Numbered from the stretch's first letter, positions 1 to 6,347 are shown. The stretch is DNA of 32,000 bases from Nostoc punctiforme PCC 73102 (GCF_000020025.1 NC_010628.1:3510001-3542000); one strand, 5' to 3'. Program-made: numbers and translations. Notes: generated from the letters alone by a model not told the origin.

Positions 1-4
1 CGTT

Positions 5-47
5 TAAAAAATAGGGGTTCAGAATAAGGCTTAAGACTTAAACCCCT
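5..47 (-). terminator. Candidate rho-independent terminator closing the kinase/HopA1-like operon
   Basis: Inverted repeat AGGGGTT (13-19) / AACCCCT (41-47). On the minus strand the stem is followed by T6 (complement of A6-A11). The loop is long (21 nt), hence moderate confidence. Confidence 0.5.
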
Positions 48-153
48 GATTAAGGGTTAATGCTTAAGCCTTAAGCCTTGTTATTTAAAATCTAAAATTG
101 AGTGAGCAAGAATATATCTTCAATCAAGAACTGGAAGTATCACATTCGGCGAT

Positions 154-1371
154 TCAGAGATTTATGGAAGTGTAGATATCATCCGAGTTTGGATTTAGGT
201 AAGGACGTTGCAATTCAATTTCCCATAATGAAAAATGCCGCAGAATTGCTGCTATCTTATCTGCTGGCGTATCATTTCCTAGATGCCAAGCTTCAAGCAA
301 ACCATTAGCAACAATTTGGCATCGATGTGTACCAAAACTTTCATGATCGCCAAATTTACGGTCTGGTTCTTCAGCGATCGCTAACCCTGGTGCTATAAAC
401 TTGGTAAATAAAGGTACTTGCTGCTGAAAATGCACTTGATTTTCTTTATATACCCTCTCTAAGACTGGACGAACAAGTTCATAATCCTTTTTGTCAAAAT
501 AAAGAACTGCTGAGTCGTAACGCCCATAATCAGAAGGGTTGTACAATGCTTTAAATGAGAAGGCAATGGATATAGCATTGAGTTGGCTAGTCAAATCGTT
601 CATGACTGCAACTGAGCCTTCGGGGGTCAAATTGAAGTAGACACGTACCAAAGTTTGATAATTTCGAGCCATAGCTGCATTAGCAATTGCCATATAAAAT
701 CCGTTTTGCACCAGATTCTTAGGCATTTTGATTGCTATTGAGTCACCAATATTAGCAGCTTGTTGTAAGCTATCGGGTTCAACGTGCACCCTCAAACCGT
801 TCTTATGCACCACCAAACTACCATCTAAGTCTTCTTTTAGAACCAGCCAATTATCATTCCAGTAGCCTACACCTCTGTTATTTTCATGCAAGCGATCGTA
901 AAAAGCTATATCTACACCAAATAGTGTATTGTTTTCGATATCTTGGTTTAAAGCCAAATTTGCTGCTTCTTTATTGGATGACGGAAGACTTTTCAATGAG
1001 CCATTGTAGTATAAGGCGTAAAGTATACTACGTAATTGATGACTCAAAAACTTATTTTGAAAATCTAAAGATAATTGTTGAAAGTGAGAGACTATTGATT
1101 CTGGTACTTCCACCGGGCCAAACTCTGGATGTCTAATACAATGGTAAGACTGGATTTCAACCTTATGAACGATATCTCGTAGTGATGTCTGCAATGACTC
1201 TGGAATATCTGATATTTGATTTGCCAGCGAATCTAATAGTTGCATAGAAACTTGCCTGTCAATAATGTGGAGAGATAGGGACAGACAAACAAAAAATGTT
1301 TGCGTCCCTTTGTTGACTTGGAATTTATTTTGAAGCGGGAGATAAATTAATGGGAGAGAGGTCTGATGCAT
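154..1371 (-). CDS. HopA1-family-like protein; candidate phospho-Ser/Thr lyase partner of the adjacent kinase
   Basis: 405-aa ORF directly downstream of the kinase on the same strand. The first ATG (1371) overlaps the kinase 3' end by 47 nt. An alternative ATG at 1245 (MQLLDSLANQ...) gives 364 aa with no overlap. I recall the C-terminal block RVYFNLTPEG...FSFKALYNPSDYGRYDSAVLYFDKKDY as typical of proteins annotated 'T3SS effector HopA1 family' in cyanobacteria. This family call is from memory and not verified by search. Confidence 0.55.
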   Translation of the reverse strand: MHQTSLPLIYLPLQNKFQVNKGTQTFFVCLSLSLHIIDRQVSMQLLDSLANQISDIPESLQTSLRDIVHKVEIQSYHCIRHPEFGPVEVPESIVSHFQQLSLDFQNKFLSHQLRSILYALYYNGSLKSLPSSNKEAANLALNQDIENNTLFGVDIAFYDRLHENNRGVGYWNDNWLVLKEDLDGSLVVHKNGLRVHVEPDSLQQAANIGDSIAIKMPKNLVQNGFYMAIANAAMARNYQTLVRVYFNLTPEGSVAVMNDLTSQLNAISIAFSFKALYNPSDYGRYDSAVLYFDKKDYELVRPVLERVYKENQVHFQQQVPLFTKFIAPGLAIAEEPDRKFGDHESFGTHRCQIVANGLLEAWHLGNDTPADKIAAILRHFSLWEIELQRPYLNPNSDDIYTSINL

Positions 1372-2515
1372 CTACACCAAAAATTGTTGGTATCGATGCT
1401 TCTGGACGGCATAATAAACTTTTAGCAACCTGGAGTATGCAAATACCTTTATTACCAAAAGTTTTTTCGTGCTGGAGTTTGGCTTGAATAGATTTAATCA
1501 AAGCGAAACCGCAAAACTGCATAACTCTCTGTAAAAAATCAGGATGAAGTTCTATAATTTCGGGGAAAGCAGAGAGGTAAGCAATCACCAACTCTCTAAT
1601 AGAAGGTTGCAGCAAATGTAGAGGAGTTGTTGCTAGACGTAAAGACTCTTGAATCGCCATTGTTTTACTGGTAATCATACTGTGTAGCCAAAGTTGTAGA
1701 TAGCTGGCTATCAGTGTTCCTAAATCACTAGCTGGATCTCCCCAAGCGCCACGTTCCCAATCAATCAATCGAATAATACTCTCATCTGAGGACGATTCAT
1801 TAAAAGCAGCTTCTTCCCAATTCAGGGAGAGGAGAATATTGTTTAGTTTCAGATCGTTATGGGTTAAACAACAGGGAATCAAGGCATTATTCAACTCTGC
1901 GATCGCCTGCCCTAGGCTATCATAACGTTGATAAAGAGACAAAAATTTTAGTCCATCGGTAGGTAACTTACCAAAAACTGCCGGGGAAACTCTATCCATT
2001 CCAAGATTTAGGTTAGGAATTCCTTGGCCAAATATATTCTTATTTAGGAAGAACTCTTGATACTCTTGACGGTCAATAGATAGGCGATGAATTGATGCCA
2101 AAGTAGTTCCAACTAGCATTGCAATCTTTATAGGAAATAATTTCAAATTCCTTTCCACATAAAAATCCATCAAATCCCGATAGTTAGTTAGATAATTGAA
2201 AACAAAGATTGAATTTTCAGGATCAAAATGTACTGCTTCTGAAAAATATGAGCGAATGTCGCTTAGTTCTGGGAAAGTTTGCAAAAAGTTATGAACTCGC
2301 CATTCTTTTAAAAACTCGCCAGAAGTCTTTCCCTCTCTTTTGTGAGGCTCTTGCTTAATTAGGAGTTTTCGGTTATCTGGTAAGCTGATTAATAAGTTAA
2401 AGTTTTTAGCAGGTACTAGCTCGATTTTGCTTAAAGACTTTTCATTTTGAGTACATAATCCTTGAAGAATCAGATAATCAAAAGCATTTTTAGAACTCAA
2501 TACAAATGATGTCAT
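1325..2515 (-). CDS. Aminoglycoside-phosphotransferase (APH)/protein-kinase-fold phosphotransferase
   Basis: 396-aa ORF. Catalytic-loop motif HNDLKLNNILL (HxDxxxxN), metal-binding Asp motif LIDWERGAWGDPASDLG, and an N-lobe Lys candidate in LLIKQE. Confidence 0.8.
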   Translation of the reverse strand: MTSFVLSSKNAFDYLILQGLCTQNEKSLSKIELVPAKNFNLLISLPDNRKLLIKQEPHKREGKTSGEFLKEWRVHNFLQTFPELSDIRSYFSEAVHFDPENSIFVFNYLTNYRDLMDFYVERNLKLFPIKIAMLVGTTLASIHRLSIDRQEYQEFFLNKNIFGQGIPNLNLGMDRVSPAVFGKLPTDGLKFLSLYQRYDSLGQAIAELNNALIPCCLTHNDLKLNNILLSLNWEEAAFNESSSDESIIRLIDWERGAWGDPASDLGTLIASYLQLWLHSMITSKTMAIQESLRLATTPLHLLQPSIRELVIAYLSAFPEIIELHPDFLQRVMQFCGFALIKSIQAKLQHEKTFGNKGICILQVAKSLLCRPEASIPTIFGVDASDLSPINLSPASK

Positions 2516-2659
2516 GGCTTCACGAAAGTATCAATGTTAACAATTAAGAGCTTTTGCATAGTTAATATTTTTAATAGATTAACAACCTATTATACCCACT
2601 AACTATGTGTAGATGAATTATCATACAATACCTATTATTTTCGGCTGTATGAATTAACC

Positions 2660-2697
2660 AAAAAAAGGTTAAAAATTCCAGGAATGTTTAACCTTTT
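2660..2697 (-). terminator. Intrinsic terminator (possibly leaky) between the precursor-like genes and the kinase gene
   Basis: Perfect 11-bp inverted repeat AAAAGGTTAAA (2663-2673) / TTTAACCTTTT (2687-2697) with a 13-nt loop. On the minus strand the 3' arm runs into a 7-nt T tract (2666 down to 2660). It starts 12 nt after the stop of the 2709..2921 gene. Confidence 0.6.
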
Positions 2698-2708
2698 GAA
2701 TTGATGCA

Positions 2709-2921
2709 CTATTGAGTGTTGAATGATTCTGCTAACTCTGCAACTTCATGGATAGCAAATGCCAACAAAGCAAAATTAAGGTTTTTCAAGCCATAGTTAA
2801 GAATTTGAGCAAGATCGTCATCTGCACCAGCATATATAGATATGTAATCAAGGTTGCTAATGTCTATTAGAAAACCTTCTGAATCATCGGTATGCAGATC
2901 AGAAATGGTAATTTTTGGCAT
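2709..2921 (-). CDS. Diverged paralog (c8) of the tandem-array peptides; double-glycine-type (AG) leader
   Basis: The ORF track gives 2709..2942. The start at M8 (2921, MPKITISDL...) aligns with MASIALSQL... of the array copies. Shared blocks: SEGFLIDISNLDYISIYAG vs SESFLSDLNNVDTITIYGG, and ILNYGLKNLNFALLAFA vs LLAYGIKGQEFALLGFG. No Cys. Confidence 0.7.
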   Translation of the reverse strand: MPKITISDLHTDDSEGFLIDISNLDYISIYAGADDDLAQILNYGLKNLNFALLAFAIHEVAELAESFNTQ

Positions 2922-3152
2922 GGATTCAAATCCCAAAAACATTGATCAATTAGTCAATGCGAGCATGAGTAAGCATCAATTACTTAATAATGTCGCCCGG
3001 CAGTCAGGAAAAAATTAATAAAATTGATCAACTGCTATAATCAAGCTTTAAATTGCTTAATCCAATGAAATATTCTGATTTTTGATAATCAAAAAAGCTG
3101 AATTTTAATCAGATTAATTTATTCAAAGCTATTTATTGCACCAGAATTTGGC

Positions 3153-3182
3153 AGCGATTAAGCTGTGTATTACTTAATCGCT
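3153..3182 (-). promoter_or_regulatory. Intercistronic stem-loop H1 (downstream of c1)
   Basis: AGCGATTAAG-ctgtgtatta-CTTAATCGCT: perfect 10-bp stem, 10-nt loop. Confidence 0.6.
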
Positions 3183-3223
3183 AATTTAAAAAGTTCCACA
3201 GAGCAATGTAGCTCAGTAGTCAA

Positions 3224-3484
3224 TTAATAGTGAGTATCTGTGTCACTAAATGACTTGACGATGTGTGCAGTCAAGCTAGCTCCAAAGCCTAACAATGCGA
3301 ACTCTTGTCCCTTAATGCCATAAGCTAAAAGTGGCTCTATGCCATGAGCAACGCTGGAAATCTCATAACCACCACCATAAACAGTTATAGAATCTACATT
3401 GTTCAGGTCGCTGAGGAAGCTTTCAGAATCTTGAAACAGTTCAGAACCAGTGGTATTTAGTTGCGAAAGAGCAATACTAGCCAT
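3224..3484 (-). CDS. Array copy c1: double-glycine-leader precursor-like peptide, 86 aa (YEISSVAHG / ...THY variant)
   Basis: The ORF is kept open in all copies, and differences from c2 are synonymous only (GCT/GCG, ATT/ATC, TTT/TTC). Leader ...FLSDLNNVDSITVYGG. The SD is degraded (TAGGGTAAAATT-ATG) relative to the other copies. Confidence 0.8.
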   Translation of the reverse strand: MASIALSQLNTTGSELFQDSESFLSDLNNVDSITVYGGGYEISSVAHGIEPLLAYGIKGQEFALLGFGASLTAHIVKSFSDTDTHY

Positions 3485-3526
3485 AATTTTACCCTACAAA
3501 AATTGTTACAGTTGAGCAGATTTGGC

Positions 3527-3556
3527 AGCGATTAAGCTGTGTATTACTTAATCGCT
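3527..3556 (-). promoter_or_regulatory. Intercistronic stem-loop H2 (between c2 and c1)
   Basis: AGCGATTAAG-ctgtgtatta-CTTAATCGCT: perfect 10-bp stem. Confidence 0.6.
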
Positions 3557-3597
3557 AATTTAAAAAGTTCCACAGAGCAATGTAGCTCAGTAGTCAA

Positions 3598-3858
3598 TTA
3601 ATAGTGAGTATCTGTGTCACTAAATGACTTGACGATGTGTGCAGTCAAGCTAGCTCCAAAGCCTAACAATGCGAACTCTTGTCCCTTAATGCCATAAGCT
3701 AAAAGTGGCTCTATGCCATGAGCAACGCTGGAAATCTCATAACCACCACCATAAACAGTTATAGAATCTACATTGTTCAGGTCGCTGAGGAAGCTTTCAG
3801 AATCTTGGAACAGTTCAGAACCAGTGGTATTTAGTTGCGAAAGAGCGATACTCGCCAT
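3598..3858 (-). CDS. Array copy c2: 86 aa, protein identical to c1
   Basis: Same ORF as c1. Canonical SD AGGAGAAAATT-ATG. Confidence 0.85.
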   Translation of the reverse strand: MASIALSQLNTTGSELFQDSESFLSDLNNVDSITVYGGGYEISSVAHGIEPLLAYGIKGQEFALLGFGASLTAHIVKSFSDTDTHY

Positions 3859-3900
3859 AATTTTCTCCTAAAATAATTGTTACAGTTGAGCAGATTTACC

Positions 3901-3930
3901 AGCGATTAAGCCGTGTATTACTTAATCGCT
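3901..3930 (-). promoter_or_regulatory. Intercistronic stem-loop H3 (between c3 and c2)
   Basis: AGCGATTAAG-ccgtgtatta-CTTAATCGCT: perfect 10-bp stem. About 41 nt after the upstream stop and 42 nt before the next ATG. Confidence 0.6.
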
Positions 3931-3971
3931 AATTCAAAAACTTACACAGAGAAATGTAGCTTAATAGTCAA

Positions 3972-4238
3972 TTAATAGTGAGTATCTGTGTCGCTAAATG
4001 ACTTGACGATGTGTGCAACTAAGCTAGCTCCAAAGCCTAACAATGCGAACTCTTGTCCCTTAATGCCATAAGCTAAAAGTGGCTCGATACCTTCAGAAAC
4101 ATTGGAAACTTCACCTTCATCGCCACCACCATAAATAGTGATAGTATCTACATTGTTCAGGTCGCTGAGGAAGCTTTCAGAATCTTGGAACAGTTCAGAA
4201 CCAGTGGTATTTAGTTGCGAAAGAGCGATACTCGCCAT
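3972..4238 (-). CDS. Array copy c3: 88 aa (DEGEVSNVSEG / ASLVAH / ...THY variant)
   Basis: Conserved ORF with an AGGAG SD. Leader ...FLSDLNNVDTITIYGG. Confidence 0.85.
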   Translation of the reverse strand: MASIALSQLNTTGSELFQDSESFLSDLNNVDTITIYGGGDEGEVSNVSEGIEPLLAYGIKGQEFALLGFGASLVAHIVKSFSDTDTHY

Positions 4239-4280
4239 AATTTTCTCCTAAAATAATTGTTACAGTTGAGCAGATTTACC

Positions 4281-4310
4281 AGCGATTAAGCCGTGTATTA
4301 CTTAATCGCT
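4281..4310 (-). promoter_or_regulatory. Intercistronic stem-loop H4 (between c4 and c3)
   Basis: Same sequence as H3. Confidence 0.6.
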
Positions 4311-4351
4311 AATTCAGAAACTTCCACAGAGCAATGTAGCTCAGTAGTCAA

Positions 4352-4618
4352 TTACAGGTTAGTATCTGTGTCGCTAAATGACTTGACGATGTGTGCAGTC
4401 AAGCTAGCTCCAAAGCCTAACAATGCGAACTCTTGTCCCTTAATGCCATAAGCTAAAAGTGGCTCAATACCTTCAGAAACATTGGAAACATCACCTTCAT
4501 CACCACCACCATAAATAGTGATGGTATCTACATTGTTTAGGTCGCTGAGGAAGCTTTCAGAATCTTGGAACAGTTCAGAACCAGTGGTATTTAGTTGCGA
4601 AAGAGCGATACTTGCCAT
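4352..4618 (-). CDS. Array copy c4: 88 aa (DEGDVSNVSEG / ...TNL variant)
   Basis: Conserved ORF with an AGGAG SD. Protein identical to c6. Confidence 0.85.
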   Translation of the reverse strand: MASIALSQLNTTGSELFQDSESFLSDLNNVDTITIYGGGDEGDVSNVSEGIEPLLAYGIKGQEFALLGFGASLTAHIVKSFSDTDTNL

Positions 4619-4660
4619 GATTTTCTCCTAAAATAATTGTTACAGTTGAGCAGATTTACC

Positions 4661-4690
4661 AGCGATTAAGCCGTGTATTACTTAATCGCT
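4661..4690 (-). promoter_or_regulatory. Intercistronic stem-loop H5 (between c5 and c4)
   Basis: Same sequence as H3. Confidence 0.6.
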
Positions 4691-4731
4691 AATTCAAAAA
4701 CTTACACAGAGCAATGTAGCTCAGTAGTCAA

Positions 4732-4998
4732 TTAATAGTGAGTATCTGTGTCGCTAAATGACTTGACGATGTGTGCAGTCAAGCTAGCTCCAAAGCCTAA
4801 CAATGCGAACTCTTGTCCCTTAATGCCATAAGCTAAAAGTGGCTCAATACCTTCAGAAACATTGGAAACTTCACCTTCATCGCCACCACCATAAATAGTG
4901 ATAGTATCTACATTGTTCAGGTCGCTGAGGAAGCTTTCAGAATCTTGGAACAGTTCAGAACCAGTGGTATTTAGTTGCGAAAGAGCGATACTCGCCAT
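4732..4998 (-). CDS. Array copy c5: 88 aa (DEGEVSNVSEG / ...THY variant)
   Basis: Conserved ORF with an AGGAG SD. One residue differs from c3 (T vs V). Confidence 0.85.
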   Translation of the reverse strand: MASIALSQLNTTGSELFQDSESFLSDLNNVDTITIYGGGDEGEVSNVSEGIEPLLAYGIKGQEFALLGFGASLTAHIVKSFSDTDTHY

Positions 4999-5040
4999 AA
5001 TTTTCTCCTAAAATAATTGTTACAGTTGAGCAGATTTACC

Positions 5041-5070
5041 AGCGATTAAGCCGTGTATTACTTAATCGCT
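5041..5070 (-). promoter_or_regulatory. Intercistronic stem-loop H6 (between c6 and c5)
   Basis: Same sequence as H3. Confidence 0.6.
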
Positions 5071-5111
5071 AATTCAGAAACTTCCACAGAGCAATGTAGC
5101 TCAGTAGTCAA

Positions 5112-5378
5112 TTACAGGTTAGTATCTGTGTCGCTAAATGACTTGACGATGTGTGCAGTCAAGCTAGCTCCAAAGCCTAACAATGCGAACTCTTGTCCCT
5201 TAATGCCATAAGCTAAAAGTGGCTCAATACCTTCAGAAACATTGGAAACATCACCTTCATCACCACCACCATAAATAGTGATGGTATCTACATTGTTTAG
5301 GTCGCTGAGGAAGCTTTCAGAATCTTGGAACAGTTCAGAACCAGTGGTATTTAGTTGCGAAAGAGCGATACTTGCCAT
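5112..5378 (-). CDS. Array copy c6: 88 aa, identical to c4
   Basis: Nucleotide-identical to c4 over the whole ORF by eye. Confidence 0.85.
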   Translation of the reverse strand: MASIALSQLNTTGSELFQDSESFLSDLNNVDTITIYGGGDEGDVSNVSEGIEPLLAYGIKGQEFALLGFGASLTAHIVKSFSDTDTNL

Positions 5379-5420
5379 GATTTTCTCCTAGAATAATTGT
5401 CACAGTTGAGCAGATTTGGC

Positions 5421-5450
5421 AGCGATTAAGCCGTGTATTGCTTAATCGCT
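5421..5450 (-). promoter_or_regulatory. Intercistronic stem-loop H7 (between c7 and c6)
   Basis: AGCGATTAAG-ccgtgtattg-CTTAATCGCT: perfect stem, one loop change. Confidence 0.6.
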
Positions 5451-5491
5451 AATTCAAAAAGTTACATAGAGAAATGTAGCTTAGTAGTCAA

Positions 5492-5758
5492 TTACAGGTC
5501 AGTATCTGTGTCGCTAAATGACTTGACGATGTGTGCAGTCAAGCTAGCTCCAAAGCCCATCAATCCGAACTCTAGTCCCTTAGTGCCATAACCTAAAAGT
5601 GGCTCGATACCCTCGGCAACATTGGAAACTTCACCTTCATTGCCACCACCATAAATAGTGATGGTATCTACATTGTTCAGGTCGCTGAGGAAGCTTTCAG
5701 AATCTTGGAACAGTTCAGAACCAGTGGTATTTAGTTGTGAAAGAGCGATACTCGCCAT
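5492..5758 (-). CDS. Array copy c7 (promoter-proximal): 88 aa, most diverged array member (NEGEVSNVAEG, LLGYGTKGLEFGLMGFG, ...TDL)
   Basis: Conserved ORF with an AGGAG SD. The leader is identical to c3-c6, and the substitutions are in the C-terminal part. Confidence 0.85.
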   Translation of the reverse strand: MASIALSQLNTTGSELFQDSESFLSDLNNVDTITIYGGGNEGEVSNVAEGIEPLLGYGTKGLEFGLMGFGASLTAHIVKSFSDTDTDL

Positions 5759-5801
5759 AATTTTCTCCTAAAGTAATTCGTCACAGTCGAGTAGATTTGG
5801 C

Positions 5802-5831
5802 AGCGATTAAGCTGTGTATTGCTTAACTGCT
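5802..5831 (-). promoter_or_regulatory. Degenerate copy of the stem-loop (H8) in the 5' leader upstream of c7
   Basis: AGCGATTAAG-ctgtgtattg-CTTAACTGCT. Two positions of the 3' arm are swapped, which breaks the middle of the stem. It marks the array boundary. Confidence 0.45.
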
Positions 5832-6308
5832 GATTACATTTTTATTCATAAATTTTATAAAAATCAAGCTTGTAAACCTGATTTGTAAGACATAAATAAA
5901 TGGATTGCGTCTTTATTGGTAGCTTTAGTTTTATTCAAAAAATGTTTGATAAACATCCTATGTTATTTGTGAAAATTAGCGCTCTCAAGATTACCAACTT
6001 CTTTGAGAAGTCGAGGGTCTAACTTTTCATGAATGATTTAGGATTACCATTTTTAGCGTCCTATCCTAATTGATACTAATAGAGTAGCGGATTAGGAGAT
6101 TTCAAGTTTGTGAAGTACAAAAATACTCCACCTGCACTGTCACGCACCTTGAAAAAGAGAGGGTTGGGAGGGGTATACTTCATCAAAGTACTGTATAAAA
6201 GTTTTTAGGCTCGTGAAGTCTTGTGTAGACAAACATGATATTCGGCAGGGCTAAACTTTAATCAAACCATATTTAAAGTTATGCATTCAATCAATTGCAA
6301 AAATCTCT

Positions 6309-6347
6309 AAAAAAAATAGTGCGCCCTTAATTAATCTAAGAGCGCAC
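6309..6347 (-). terminator. Rho-independent terminator of the 76-aa double-glycine peptide gene
   Basis: Stem GTGCGC(C)CTTA (6319-6329) / TAAG(A)GCGCAC (6337-6347). On the minus strand it is followed by T8 (complement of A6309-6316). It lies 37 nt after the stop at 6384. Confidence 0.7.

Larger units (their letters stand above)
3146..5831 (-). repeat. Tandem gene array: seven copies of a 374/380-bp unit (ORF plus 113-bp spacer), with a 760-bp higher-order duplication
   Basis: ORF starts are spaced 374, 374, 380, 380, 380, 380 bp. 4021-4630 vs 4781-5390 differ at one position by eye (4086 g vs 4846 a). The spacers are also conserved. Confidence 0.95.

Noticed and set aside
3208-3220. GTAGCTCAGTAGT in every spacer resembles a tRNA D-arm (GTAGCTCAGTTGGT).
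   Set aside because: I could not build an acceptor stem, anticodon arm or T-arm (GTTCGAATC-like) around it. It is part of the repeated 3' UTR of each peptide gene.
3224-5758. Tandem small-gene array reminiscent of multi-copy gvpA (gas vesicle) arrays in cyanobacteria.
   Set aside because: The peptide sequence bears no resemblance to GvpA (no ...[29 protein letters not shown]... core), and no other gvp genes are present.
3224-5758. The EFALLGFGASL block is superficially like the chlorophyll-binding motif of high-light-inducible proteins (ExxNGRxAMxGF).
   Set aside because: The Glu/Asn/Arg ligand residues are absent, the hydrophobic stretch is too short for a TM helix, and the N-terminal half looks like a cleavable double-glycine leader instead.
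3146-5831. Regularly spaced repeats that could be mistaken for a CRISPR array.
   Set aside because: The period is 374-380 bp, not 60-75 bp. The 'spacers' are conserved as well. Each unit holds a maintained ORF with an SD, and the differences between copies are synonymous only. It is a tandem gene array.
154-5831. Calling the locus a class V lanthipeptide or thioamitide cluster.
   Set aside because: None of the eight peptides contains Cys. There is no LanC-like or LxmX-like cyclase, YcaO/TfuA, or LanD-type decarboxylase in the window. Only the kinase/lyase logic is shared.
5832-5900. Sigma70-like promoter for the array (minus-strand TTTACA at 5876-5871, TTGATT at 5867-5862).
   Set aside because: I could not pair either -35 candidate with a convincing TAnnnT -10 at 16-18 nt spacing. 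The region is simply AT-rich, so no promoter feature is reported.
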